Shown here: one piece after another, positions 31,360 to 41,753 of the stretch
Layout: every line of letters starts with the position of its first letter
How positions within the stretch are numbered: position 1 is the first letter of the stretch
NCBI GenBank assembly: GCA_977020255.1
Contig: CDROCS010004219.1
Span: forward strand, 1 to 64,000
Length of the DNA: 64,000 bases
Reading direction: 5' to 3'
Source: Obrimoposthia wandeli
Lineage: Eukaryota
Notes under the pieces: model-generated
Database searches by the model: none
What the model was told of the DNA's origin: nothing
The model's input: only the letters and a program-made list of their open reading frames with translations
Program-made: the position numbers and the translations under genes

Positions 31360-31684
31360 ATCTTTTACGACATCTATCAATAGCAAAAGCTCACCTTGAA
31401 TTAGAGCAAAAGTAAAGGCTTACGCTTTAGTTCGAAACTGATTCAACCGACACTTCTTAAACAACTATTATCACAACAAACAAAAATGTTTATCTGGAGT
31501 AGATTGCACCCAGCGTTTACAGTAAATCATCTATTGAATTACTCTTTTAGATAAGTAAATACTACTTTTTTTTATTTCTTGCTCTATTATTCCTATATAA
31601 ATAATACCGTTTAAATTATCTTAGCGTGAATTTTCTATTCAACTGCTATTTTCTACTCAATTTTTATCCAGATAGAGATGCTAG

Positions 31685-32452
31685 ATGTTAAGGTCACTGT
31701 ACATTCTAGGCTTATGTATCCTTTTGATAAATAAGCCATTATTCGCACATGAAAGTAAAAAATTAACTATCGTTCGAGGCGAAGGTGATTATACGCCGTA
31801 TGAAATGATAGATGATGATGGTCAATTAACCGGAGTGCATATTGATCTCGTACGCGCTGTCGCTAAATTAACAGATACTCGCATAGAAATAGTCAGTTTA
31901 CCTTGGAGTAGAGCGTTGCATTGGCTAGAAGTTGGCAAAGCTGATGCGATTACCTTCATAGGAAAAACGCCAAAGAGAGAGAAGTTCGCGATATTTGATG
32001 AGCAAAACATACTCAGCATTTCTTATAACGCTTTTTTTACTTTAAAAACGAACCTTCCTGACTGTAATACCTACACGGGAGATTTAAAGCAGTTTATAGG
32101 CAATAAAATTGGAGTGCTTAATGGCTACAGTTATGGGGTCGAATTTGATAATGCTGATTATCTAACCAAAGATGATGGGGCAAATACCGAAGACATTTTG
32201 TTTAGAAAACTAGTTAAAGGACGTTTTTTGATTGGGATAGCTAATATTGGCACCATCACTTACATTGCCAAAAAAGAGGATTTAATGGATAAAATTGTTT
32301 TTCTAGAGCCCTATATGAAAGGCATCAAACAATATATTGCCTTCTCAAAATCACTTCACCACGAAGAGACAGCAACCAAATTTTCAGCGGCACTTACTGC
32401 CTTTAAAATCACACCAGAGTACCGTCAAATTCTAGCTAAATACGGGTTGTAA
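31685..32452 (+). CDS. Orphan family-3 substrate-binding protein
   Basis: Signal peptide, DYTPYE, LPWSRAL..GKADAI, GYSYG, YIAFSK. Confidence 0.88.
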   Translation: MLRSLYILGLCILLINKPLFAHESKKLTIVRGEGDYTPYEMIDDDGQLTGVHIDLVRAVAKLTDTRIEIVSLPWSRALHWLEVGKADAITFIGKTPKREKFAIFDEQNILSISYNAFFTLKTNLPDCNTYTGDLKQFIGNKIGVLNGYSYGVEFDNADYLTKDDGANTEDILFRKLVKGRFLIGIANIGTITYIAKKEDLMDKIVFLEPYMKGIKQYIAFSKSLHHEETATKFSAALTAFKITPEYRQILAKYGL

Positions 32453-32803
32453 ACTAATTTACCCATAAGAGAATACAGCCTTAGCACAACAGACCTAAAA
32501 GTGCTTTTGTTTATTTCGCTGGTAAAGTGTATTGATTTTGATTGCACCTAGTTCATTTCATCTATTGCCTCCCCTGTGTCAGGCATTCCACATTTGTTAT
32601 TCCACCAGCGATTGAGGTTTTAGCAACGAGGGTTTTAGCAAAGAGGACAGCCATTTACTGCAAATCAAGCCTCGTAACAATGCGATTTTTCTGCGATTAA
32701 AATGATATCCAACACTCCATTTTAGGATGACCGTTTAATCTCTAACGTATACACAGGTCGTAAATAATCCTGATTTCGCATTGTATTGCTCAATTTTCAT
32801 TCT

Positions 32804-32971
32804 TATCCCGAATATTGCATCCAATTGTTCGTGCCCTAGCTTGCTCCTTGTTTTTACTGACTTTTCTTTCTCAATCAACCGGACGCACCAGTACGGCGCT
32901 CAATCGAAAAAAAGCCAGTAAAAACAACTAGCAGCGCTATCATCACGACATTACATGCAATATCCGGGTTA
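32804..32971 (+). mobile_element. MITE family 1, copy 2 (168 bp)
   Basis: TATCCCGAATATTGCA...TGCAATATCCGGGTTA; 13 mismatches to copy 3 by manual count. Confidence 0.88.
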
Positions 32972-33847
32972 GATCTCTGTATTAGAACGGTATGTATGCG
33001 TTTTTTTGCTCGCGTATATATTCCAAAACACGGCGATTAAAACCAGTGCACCGCCTATCCAAGTTGCAGTAGATGGAACGTGCGTAAAAACCATCCAAGC
33101 CCACACAGGAGCCAGCGGCGCTTCTAAAGTGCTTATTAGCGCAGATTGAGATGCAGCGATTAAACGAGTCCCCTCAATCATCAGTATCGTTGCGATAGCA
33201 AAAGTAATACCAAACCCTAGCAACAACACTAAATCGGTACTTTCAATCGCCAAGGGAGAGCTTAAGAAAAAGCTCAAGATCATATGTATAAGTGCAGAGA
33301 CAAGTGTAGCTAAAACCATGGGGCTTTTAGGGAACATTCTAAATAATATAACTAATATAGACATACCCAGAGCCATAAGAAGCGCCAGTACATCACCCAT
33401 TAGGTTAATAGAGCCACTTGACCCACTCACCATTACAATAACACCCACCAACGCAATTGTTGCACAGAAAATGGCTGTGCTGGTGATTTTTTCTTTTAAC
33501 AAATACCAAGCTAAAATAGACACAATAAAAGGTACTACTGCATAAATTATTGATACGTTAGCAATACTTGTATATTTAAACGCACTGATAAAGCAAACAG
33601 TCGCGCCAGCACCTATAACAGCAGCTAACCAGCCGGGAGTCCCTAACTGTTTAAATTCATAGCCAATTCCCAGCTCACTTTTTTTATGGACATATAATCC
33701 CAATACTATGATAGAAAACAAACCTCTCCAAAATAAAATCACCCACACATCAGCATCTATCCCCTTAGCAAACAGCCCCAACGTACTCCAAACTATAGCG
33801 GAGATACTGACAGCAATGATGCCCATTTGGCTATTCGTTAGTTTCAT
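32969..33847 (-). CDS. EamA/DMT transporter
   Basis: VWSTLGLF, FWRGLF, YTSIANV, LEAPLAPVW..GGALV; stop codon overlaps the MITE end. Confidence 0.9.
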   Translation of the reverse strand: MKLTNSQMGIIAVSISAIVWSTLGLFAKGIDADVWVILFWRGLFSIIVLGLYVHKKSELGIGYEFKQLGTPGWLAAVIGAGATVCFISAFKYTSIANVSIIYAVVPFIVSILAWYLLKEKITSTAIFCATIALVGVIVMVSGSSGSINLMGDVLALLMALGMSILVILFRMFPKSPMVLATLVSALIHMILSFFLSSPLAIESTDLVLLLGFGITFAIATILMIEGTRLIAASQSALISTLEAPLAPVWAWMVFTHVPSTATWIGGALVLIAVFWNIYASKKTHTYRSNTEI

Positions 33848-34332
33848 TGGTTTGCACTTGTAATGGAAGTGGCAGAGCCATGTATTTCATCGCTGTCGGG
33901 TCGGTTCCAATAGCGATTTGGATTTTCTTCATCATTTAAATAACGAGAAGTACAACTTTGAATTTCGTCAATTTGAATAGTTGGATCTTCTTGCACACCG
34001 TACTCAAAAATAATACGTAACGCCTCACTTAATACATCTGGTTCAGGCGGAATAGAAAAAACAATCTCACTGCATTGGGTGACTTGTATCGTACCCTCAT
34101 CCCCGGCATAAGAGCCCTTTAATGCCTTAAAAGTTTGCTCTCCACTACTTCTAATATATAGACAATTGCCATAAGCGCCTTGCCTAAGCGATAACTGTGC
34201 ACCTAGCTTTTCTTGCAACAACTCTACACCAGCATTAGGGCACTGAACCGTTACTCGCCAGCTGCGTTTGAGGTATGCTTGTGCGAATTTTAATTGATCT
34301 AAATTTTCAAATTGATTCATTTTAATTGCCAA
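33844..34332 (-). CDS. Hypothetical protein resembling the PII/GlnB-like (Nif3/YqfO insert) fold
   Basis: GAYGNCLYIRSSGEQTF..G..G...EIVF..QEDPTI parallels the YqfO insert pattern GNYxxCSF..G.G.F..E..HPYEEP; 4-bp ATGA overlap with the EamA gene. Confidence 0.6.
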   Translation of the reverse strand: MAIKMNQFENLDQLKFAQAYLKRSWRVTVQCPNAGVELLQEKLGAQLSLRQGAYGNCLYIRSSGEQTFKALKGSYAGDEGTIQVTQCSEIVFSIPPEPDVLSEALRIIFEYGVQEDPTIQIDEIQSCTSRYLNDEENPNRYWNRPDSDEIHGSATSITSANQ

Positions 34333-34396
34333 TATTAGTCAAGAGATATAATTTAACCCTCTAAGAGTTAAGCCTTGAAGATTTACTTACAGTGGC

Positions 34397-34418
34397 AGTA
34401 TAGAGTACTATCTATACT
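34397..34418. promoter_or_regulatory. Inverted repeat in the divergent promoter (candidate ArsR operator)
   Basis: AGTATAGA-N6-TCTATACT. Confidence 0.45.
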
Positions 34419-34441
34419 CACACATCGAGAGTTATCGAACT

Positions 34442-35122
34442 ATGACTGTAGCTAATGATATGGCAGCTATCGCCTCTGCTATGGCATCACCCGCCAGAAT
34501 AAAAATCCTTGAAACACTCGCTACTGGTACGGCTAGATCAGCAACTGACCTTGCGGTAATTGCCGCAGTACAAGCAAATACCGCAACGACCCACTTAAAA
34601 ATATTGTGCGAAGCCAATTTAATAAAAGTAGTTAAGCAAGGTCGATATCGCTACTTCAAAATAAAAGATGCAAGCGTCGGCGATTTAATTGAGATTTTAG
34701 GGGAACGAGCAGATGTAACCGCTAGAAACGCTAATATACCACTGTCTGAAATGGCATTTTCAAGAACTTGTTACGATCATTTAGCAGGCTGGATGGGAGT
34801 GCAACTTACACAAAGTTTATTGCACAATCAGCATATTATTATTAACGATAAATCATTTGATTTAACCGATAGCGGCAAAGCGTTTTTGCTAGATTTAGGC
34901 GTTAGTATTGATAAACCCAAAAACACTCGCCGTATCTTTGCTCGCACTTGCCAAGATTGGACTGAAGGCGAAATGCACATAGGCGGGATATTGGGTGCAC
35001 AGCTGTTTAGCTTCTTTGTGACTGAAAAATGGGTGACTAAAAACGATGATTATCGTGAGGTCACAGTCTTAGCAAAGGGAAGAACTAATTTTAAACATTA
35101 TTTTGGAATCGTTTTTTCATAA
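34442..35122 (+). CDS. ArsR/SmtB-family regulator with C-terminal extension
   Basis: ASPARIKIL, ATTHLKILCEANLI, QGRYRYF, RTCYDHLAG, RTCQDWTE. Confidence 0.9.
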   Translation: MTVANDMAAIASAMASPARIKILETLATGTARSATDLAVIAAVQANTATTHLKILCEANLIKVVKQGRYRYFKIKDASVGDLIEILGERADVTARNANIPLSEMAFSRTCYDHLAGWMGVQLTQSLLHNQHIIINDKSFDLTDSGKAFLLDLGVSIDKPKNTRRIFARTCQDWTEGEMHIGGILGAQLFSFFVTEKWVTKNDDYREVTVLAKGRTNFKHYFGIVFS

Positions 35123-35604
35123 GTTAACCGAGCAATAAAACATTTAATTTTATAATGCCTCAAAGAATATTTGCTTTGAGGTATCTAGCCCCTCTAATCT
35201 ATCTAGCAAGCCCGCTAGTAAGTTCAACTAACATATGCGAGATAATTAGACTATTTTAACCTGTATAGTTTTTCCTCTTGCCTTGCCAACTGTAAAGACT
35301 ATACCAAAGTATTTGTTGAGAGCTGTATTAAAATAGCTTTAATAATTAACTATCTATAATAGTTTGGTACTAATAATCTATAATAAACTCGCCTTGTGAC
35401 TATTAGTGCAATCAACAACGACATAAAGGCAGAATGTAATAATCTGTGCTAATATTTCTATCAAATAACTTTTTACTATCAAGTCACCGATTGCAACCAA
35501 TTAATCTTTTAACTATCAATTGATTTATTAATTAACTTATAACAATTTGATGCTCTACTTCTATTTTTTCCAACTAACAAAACGTCTCTTTTAAGGTAAT
35601 AATA

Positions 35605-37254
35605 ATGTTTTTTTGGTCGCGCTATAAAATCAGTTCCAGACTTACCATTAGCTTTAGCTCTATTTTAATTTTGCTCGCATCAATCTCTACTGTTGCCATT
35701 TTAAGTTTACATAGCATGTCACGTTTCACGGATAAGTTAGTGAATGATAACTTAGAGAATATAATTATTGCCTCTGATATACAAAACTTAGCACAGTCAG
35801 CCTCAATCAGCTTATTGCTCATTTTAAACACCCCAGAGCGAGATGATAGAGTCAAACTTTATAAAGAAATGGATATAATAAACGCTAAATTAGATACGTT
35901 ATTACAAGGGCTCACTGATAAAAACAAATACAGTACAATTAGCCACCTTGATGAAATTATTAACCAGCGAAACAGCTACAAAAAAGAGTTTTTAACCACC
36001 GTTGATTTTGTCGAATGGGACCCAGAAAGCGCCGTCGGACAATTTAGCAATAACACTCGCCCTGCATTATTAAGCCTATTAAAAGTGATTCAACTTCAAT
36101 TGGAAGAGCAAGAACAAAGCGCACTGAGCAATTTTGAGATTGAAAACGAAAAAGGTAAAACTTCAATTCAACTCGTTACAATTATTTCGCTTATCGCTTT
36201 TGTGCTAAGCATTTTACTTGCCTTCATCGTTAGTCGCAGTATTACGATTCCCTTAAGGAGGGTAACCAACGCTATTTATAATATTGCTGAAGGTGACGGA
36301 GACCTAAATAAAAGACTCCCTGTCATAGGTAAAGATGAGCTATCCATATTAAGCACAGGGTTCAACAGTTTTGCAGCCAATATCCAATCTATAATTATGC
36401 AACTGCGCGATGTAATAGAAGATATTTCACATTCAGCTGATCAATCAAAAAGTACGTCAATACAAACAGATAAAGCGGTATCAGCTCAAAAAGAAGATGT
36501 TTTGCAATTACTACACGCTATCGAAAACATCACTCCTGCAATGGAAAATGTCGCTTTACTTGCCAAAGAAAGCGCAACCCAAATAGATACCTCGAGTAAC
36601 TTTGCCAATGCTGGCGTTACAGCAGCAGTGCAAGCTGTAGAAAAAATAAATACGCTTGAAGAGGGTATAGATAACTCCACTAATGTTGTCAATAAACTCG
36701 CGAGTGACATAAATGATATCGGGTTGATTTTAGATGTGATTGTCAATATTGCTAGTCAAACAAATTTACTTGCTTTAAATGCTTCTATTGAAGCGGCTAG
36801 AGCTGGTGATTTAGGCAGAGGGTTTTCTGTGGTAGCTGATGAAGTACGCTCTCTTTCTATGCGAACTCAAAATGCAACAACACAAATAAGAGAGGTCACG
36901 GTACAACTTCGCAAAGCGGCAAACCAAGCCGTAGATGTTATGAGTATGAGCCGATCTAAAACGCAAGAAAGTGTTGAGTGTACTGTCTATGTGGAAAATA
37001 TTTTAAACTCAATTGCCCAAGCCTCGACAGCTATTTCTGAAATTAACCACCAGATCGCAGCACAAACAACGCAACAAAGTATCACGATAAAAGATGTACG
37101 AACTAACGTTGATAATATACATGACAATATAGGCACAATCTCCCAAGGCTCTCACCTTAGCGCAGAAAACAGCAGTAAAACTAGCCAGCTTACCCACCAA
37201 ATAAAACAACTGGTGGATCGCTTTAAAACAAGCGACAGCACTAATAATGAATAA
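35605..37254 (+). CDS. Methyl-accepting chemotaxis protein (4HB sensor, HAMP)
   Basis: Two TM segments, HAMP ([12 protein letters not shown]), [30 protein letters not shown]. Confidence 0.96.
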   Translation: MFFWSRYKISSRLTISFSSILILLASISTVAILSLHSMSRFTDKLVNDNLENIIIASDIQNLAQSASISLLLILNTPERDDRVKLYKEMDIINAKLDTLLQGLTDKNKYSTISHLDEIINQRNSYKKEFLTTVDFVEWDPESAVGQFSNNTRPALLSLLKVIQLQLEEQEQSALSNFEIENEKGKTSIQLVTIISLIAFVLSILLAFIVSRSITIPLRRVTNAIYNIAEGDGDLNKRLPVIGKDELSILSTGFNSFAANIQSIIMQLRDVIEDISHSADQSKSTSIQTDKAVSAQKEDVLQLLHAIENITPAMENVALLAKESATQIDTSSNFANAGVTAAVQAVEKINTLEEGIDNSTNVVNKLASDINDIGLILDVIVNIASQTNLLALNASIEAARAGDLGRGFSVVADEVRSLSMRTQNATTQIREVTVQLRKAANQAVDVMSMSRSKTQESVECTVYVENILNSIAQASTAISEINHQIAAQTTQQSITIKDVRTNVDNIHDNIGTISQGSHLSAENSSKTSQLTHQIKQLVDRFKTSDSTNNE

Positions 37255-37481
37255 TTATTAGTGCTGTATTACTGAAGTAAATAGAGCGGTTCAATTTAGC
37301 AATAATAGCTGTGCTACGAGAGTATTGCCTTGACTATTAACAGTGCTCTATATACTTTGGCGACACGTGATTGTTCTCCTTAAAAACAGCTGCAACTTGT
37401 AATACGATACTCTTTAAAACGATCCTTTTAACGCAAACCTTTTTACACGCACTTTTAATTCTATTCAGCACAGAGGTCCAC

Positions 37482-38357
37482 ATGTCAGCTAAACAAATTA
37501 ATTGGCTAATGTTTTATTCCTTGGTCTTAATGTGGGGTACCTCTTTTCTCGTCACTGCTGTGGCGGTTGATCAGTTTAGTCCGATTCAAATCTCTACAAT
37601 GCGCATCACGCTAGGTGCCATTATTCTGCTACTCGCTGGACGCTTAAGAGGTAAGCGCCTACCCAGAGATATAAAATCTTGGCTATACCTTACACTTTTC
37701 GGTGTCGCGGGAAACGCCCTGCCCTTTTTCTTAATTTCATGGGGTCAACAGAGCGTTTCCTCTGGTACAACAGGGGTATTAATGGCTTTCATGCCGTTAA
37801 TAACCATGATTCTGGCACACTATTTTGTCGAAAACGAAACCCTCAATCGCTATAAGATTATGGGCTGTGGTATCAGTTTTTGTGGGGTAGCCATACTCTT
37901 GGGGCCACAAATTGAAGGTAGCCATTCCATCATTGCTCAAATGGCTATTTTTTGTGCTGCTGCCAGTTATGCCAGCAATACTATTTTCATTAGAAACCTG
38001 CCTAAATTTGATCCTTTAGTCGGCGGTGCCGGTATGCTGCTCGCTGCAAGTGCCGTATCAATACCGATCGCTATATACCAAGGATTTGACAGTATAAGCG
38101 CACCTACTTCGGGCGCTATTTACGCTATTGTATGGCTCGGTGTTGTTCCGACTGGAATGGCTTCGATCCTTTACTTTTCATTAGTAGAGCGAGCAGGTCC
38201 TAGCTTTATTTCCAACGTAAACTACCTTATCCCTGTGCTTGCGTTTTTTAGCGGCATTATCGTCTTAAATGAAGAAGCCTCTTGGCTAAGCCTGGTATCT
38301 GTTGCCATAATTCTTAGTGGTATCGCACTAACCCGAAAACCCGTAAGAGTGGAATAA
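37482..38357 (+). CDS. EamA/DMT transporter (start moved to ATG 37482, RBS GAGG)
   Basis: LMWGTSFL, GNALPFFLISWGQ, VNYLIPV. Confidence 0.92.
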   Translation: MSAKQINWLMFYSLVLMWGTSFLVTAVAVDQFSPIQISTMRITLGAIILLLAGRLRGKRLPRDIKSWLYLTLFGVAGNALPFFLISWGQQSVSSGTTGVLMAFMPLITMILAHYFVENETLNRYKIMGCGISFCGVAILLGPQIEGSHSIIAQMAIFCAAASYASNTIFIRNLPKFDPLVGGAGMLLAASAVSIPIAIYQGFDSISAPTSGAIYAIVWLGVVPTGMASILYFSLVERAGPSFISNVNYLIPVLAFFSGIIVLNEEASWLSLVSVAIILSGIALTRKPVRVE

Positions 38358-38424
38358 ACGCCTATCACGTATAAAGATATTGGTATCTTTATACGCAGTA
38401 ACAACTGCCATAATTAAGCTGCTA

Positions 38425-38931
38425 CTACTCGGCTTTATCTGTGCTATATGCACGATAAGCAAATACATTATTGTCTATTAGCATATCCGCAAACTTAAAT
38501 TTATATTGGCCAATTAACTTAAACCCGAGCTTTTTATAAAACCCATTAGACTCATTTTCAATCCAAGTATATAGCCAAAATTTATCGCCATACTGCTGCT
38601 CTATTTCGCTTAGTAAATTTCGGCCAACCCCGAAACCTTTGAACCGGTTATGCACATACAGTTTCTCTATTTCAAAACCATTTTCTACACCCTTGTAGTA
38701 AGATTGTAGGTTAAGCAGAGCATAGCCTTGGATATAATCGCCATCGGTACTTATTAATAGGCGATAGTTTGAATTATCCAATAATCCCAAAAAATACCCT
38801 TCGCTAAACGTTGATAGTACATATTCAGAATGCTCCGCTTTAATACCTTCACTCGCATAAGTCTCAAGCCAAACTTGTAACGATAATGCTGTAATATTTT
38901 TACAATCATCCTTAACTGCTTCTCGTATCAA
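38425..38931 (-). CDS. GNAT acetyltransferase
   Basis: EIEKLYVHNRFKGFGVGRNLL, NGFYKKLGF. Confidence 0.92.
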   Translation of the reverse strand: MIREAVKDDCKNITALSLQVWLETYASEGIKAEHSEYVLSTFSEGYFLGLLDNSNYRLLISTDGDYIQGYALLNLQSYYKGVENGFEIEKLYVHNRFKGFGVGRNLLSEIEQQYGDKFWLYTWIENESNGFYKKLGFKLIGQYKFKFADMLIDNNVFAYRAYSTDKAE

Positions 38932-38986
38932 AATATTCCCTCTTGGCTAATTCTGTGATTCTGTGCTTAAGGTAAAAACACACCCA

Positions 38987-39039
38987 GGGCAAGCACTCTC
39001 CGGTAACGAGACGTCAATTCGTAAAACGAGAGCTTACCC
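38987..39039. other. Long imperfect hairpin in the cupin-GNAT intergenic region
   Basis: Minus strand GGGTAAGC/GCTTGCCC, TCTC/GAGA and ACGA/TCGT nested stems. Confidence 0.45.
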
Positions 39040-39072
39040 TTCATGAAAAGCAATAACGGGTACCCAGATCGC

Positions 39073-39462
39073 TTATATTAAAATATTGTTAATAGCGGTT
39101 CGCTCTCCAACGTCTAATTCTCCCGTATTAAGTACGCCTTGTGGTTCAATCAATAACATTTGCACTTGCGTTTTAGCAACAGGTTTATGCATTACCCCTT
39201 TTGGTACTACGAACATTTCCCCTGGCGCTATATCTACATGACCATCTTCAAACTCAATACGTAAATCACCCTTTAATACGATAAAGGCTTCATCGGTACT
39301 GTCGTGCTTGTGCCAAATAAAATCACCTTCAATCTTAACTATTTTAAATTGATAGTCGTTTAATTCAGCAATAACTCTAGGCTGCCATTGATCATTAAAT
39401 AATGACAACTTTTCATTAAAATTAATTGATGTGTACTTAGCAACTTGGATATGATTAGACAT
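39073..39462 (-). CDS. Cupin-domain protein
   Basis: WQPRVIAELN, GDFIWHKH..TDEAF, VVPKGVMHKP, LLIEP. Confidence 0.92.
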   Translation of the reverse strand: MSNHIQVAKYTSINFNEKLSLFNDQWQPRVIAELNDYQFKIVKIEGDFIWHKHDSTDEAFIVLKGDLRIEFEDGHVDIAPGEMFVVPKGVMHKPVAKTQVQMLLIEPQGVLNTGELDVGERTAINNILI

Positions 39463-39489
39463 TATAATATTTCCGTGTGGTGATCATTT

Positions 39490-40353
39490 ATGTCTGACTA
39501 TTTAAACGCATTACATCCAAAGCGTATTGAAGGTTTGTGCGATCACATGCAAAGTACTCTGCCATCAACAGGTATAGAGCTACTACAAGCACATTTTGCA
39601 GGCCACGCTTACGACACACATAGTCATGATACTTATGCTATTGGCCTGACAGACTTTGGGGTTCAGTCATTTGATTATCGTGGTAAAACAGAACATAGCA
39701 CCATTGATAGAGTAATGGTGTTGCACCCAGGTGAAGTGCATAACGGACGTGCAGGCGATAAGTCAGGATTTAGCTATAGAATGCTGTATATAGATCCCAG
39801 TTTGATTAGCCAAGCACTACAGTCAATAACACAAAGGCCTTGTCCATTACCCTTTATAAAAGAGTGTGTATTGGATAACCAACAACTGACTAACGCTATC
39901 AATTTGACGGTTGAATATGCAACAGGCACTAATGAAAGCCTTGCTAAAGATGAAGTAATTTACGAGCTAACACGTGGATTAGCTGCCGCTGATCCCAGCT
40001 GTATCAGCTTGCGTAAAGGATATAGCATAGATTTTCAAGCAATAGATAAAGCCAAAGAGTTTCTTTTAGAAAATCAAAATAGAATCGTATCCTCTAAAGA
40101 ACTTGAAAATATTACTGACCTCAACCGGTTTGAGCTGACTCGCCACTTTAAAAAAGTATTGGGTTGCAGCCCATACCGGTATTTACTAAACCGACGCTTG
40201 GATAGTGCTCGAGTGCAATTACATACTCAATCAGCATTTATTGATATTGCCCATGAGTCTGGCTTTTCTGACCAAGCACACTTTTGCCGTCTTTTTAAGT
40301 CTAGGTTCGGTTTAACACCCGGTACATACCATCGCTTGAATCGCTGTAACTAG
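39490..40353 (+). CDS. AraC-family regulator (start probably 39547)
   Basis: HSHDTYAIG, LHPGEVHNG, FELTRHFK, GFSDQAHFCRLF. Confidence 0.93.
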   Translation: MSDYLNALHPKRIEGLCDHMQSTLPSTGIELLQAHFAGHAYDTHSHDTYAIGLTDFGVQSFDYRGKTEHSTIDRVMVLHPGEVHNGRAGDKSGFSYRMLYIDPSLISQALQSITQRPCPLPFIKECVLDNQQLTNAINLTVEYATGTNESLAKDEVIYELTRGLAAADPSCISLRKGYSIDFQAIDKAKEFLLENQNRIVSSKELENITDLNRFELTRHFKKVLGCSPYRYLLNRRLDSARVQLHTQSAFIDIAHESGFSDQAHFCRLFKSRFGLTPGTYHRLNRCN

Positions 40354-40367
40354 TATTCATTTCAGCT

Positions 40368-41738
40368 TCACCATAATTTGGCCAAAAGTGGGTCATCCTT
40401 TAAGGCTGGGTTATCTGAGGCCATAAATTTAGCCGTATCATCAAACACATCTTTTATTGATGTTTTAGCTCCAGCATTGAGTAAAAACTCAATAACAGAA
40501 GTGTCTCTACTTAACATGGCGGCATACATCAATGCTGTAGTGCCCTCACCATCTTTTGCGTCCAGATCAACCCCTGCATCAATAATCTGTTTAAGAACCT
40601 CAATTGACTGTCCACCTTTTATCGCATAAGTCAGAGCAGTACCACCCTTGTGGTCTTTCTTAGTTAGATCAGCATCCATTGCAATCAGCCGATTAATGAC
40701 AGGTTTGAAATCATCCCCCCTGAGCAGTGCAGCTAAAAGCGCTGTAGTTCCCTTTTTATTGGCTATTTTTGGCTCGGCTCCTGCATCTAACAGTGTGTCT
40801 ATTATAGCGGGCTCTTTATAAGATAATGCTAAAATGAGTGCAGAGTTACCTGCGTTGTCCACTTTGTTAATATCAAACCCTCTCGACATTAACGCTTCAT
40901 AGCCTTGTGCTTCGCCTTCCCGATTAGCCATTAACATGTGTAGCGCATTTTGACCGCGATCATTGCTGATTTTTAAATCAAAGCCTTTATCTTCTAAAAA
41001 CGCTAACCGTTTTTCTGAAGTTCCATCACCGGCAACACTCAAGAGCACCCCAGAAAAGCCATAATTATCACTTACCTCTGGTTCTTCACTCATTTTGTAA
41101 AATTTCTCGAGCATTTCAACGTTATCATTCTTGGTAAGAGCCCGCATAAATAGATCTCTGCCTTCACCGTCAATATAGCCCGCATCAAAGCCTTTCTTTT
41201 CAAGCAGCTCAAACATTTTCAGGGCGCGTTTATTGTAGGCAAAGGCACCTAAAGGTGTGATTCCGAGCCGGCTCTGTTGATTAAAGTCTAGATTGATCTC
41301 CTCGAAATATTCAACTACATCAGGGCGATATTTTTTGTTCTTTGATAACCAATACTGTGGTGTCTCACCCATATAATCTTTTACTTTGTAGTCAGCCCCA
41401 AACTCTGCAAAAAGCTTTATCAACTCCAAATCGCCATAGCGGGCAGCATAAAGCTCGGCATAAACACCTTTACCCCCCTCTGGACGATACGGCACGCCTT
41501 GCTCTAATAACCAGCGCACAACATCATGCGAAGCATTACCGCGCAATGCATAGTGCAGCCCTTGGCGGCCAATCTTTTGTTTTTCAAGTAGGCCATACCC
41601 TTGGTTGATTTTGGCCTGTACATCTTCAACGCTAGCATCTGTCCAAAACGTCTTGGTAAGGAAGGGGTTTTTAGCATGCGCACTGGTTGCTAGTAGCGTG
41701 GCTACCGCGACGGTAGAAATAAAGGTTACAAGTTTCAT
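40368..41738 (-). CDS. Secreted ankyrin-repeat protein
   Basis: Sec signal ending AHA; repeated G.T.L..A...L...GAD units. Confidence 0.9.
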   Translation of the reverse strand: MKLVTFISTVAVATLLATSAHAKNPFLTKTFWTDASVEDVQAKINQGYGLLEKQKIGRQGLHYALRGNASHDVVRWLLEQGVPYRPEGGKGVYAELYAARYGDLELIKLFAEFGADYKVKDYMGETPQYWLSKNKKYRPDVVEYFEEINLDFNQQSRLGITPLGAFAYNKRALKMFELLEKKGFDAGYIDGEGRDLFMRALTKNDNVEMLEKFYKMSEEPEVSDNYGFSGVLLSVAGDGTSEKRLAFLEDKGFDLKISNDRGQNALHMLMANREGEAQGYEALMSRGFDINKVDNAGNSALILALSYKEPAIIDTLLDAGAEPKIANKKGTTALLAALLRGDDFKPVINRLIAMDADLTKKDHKGGTALTYAIKGGQSIEVLKQIIDAGVDLDAKDGEGTTALMYAAMLSRDTSVIEFLLNAGAKTSIKDVFDDTAKFMASDNPALKDDPLLAKLW

Positions 41739-41753
41739 TTACACAATCCTCTG

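Noticed and set aside
32613-32646. Short tandem duplication GAGG(G)TTTTAGCAA
   Set aside because: Two units only, in non-coding DNA; probably local slippage.
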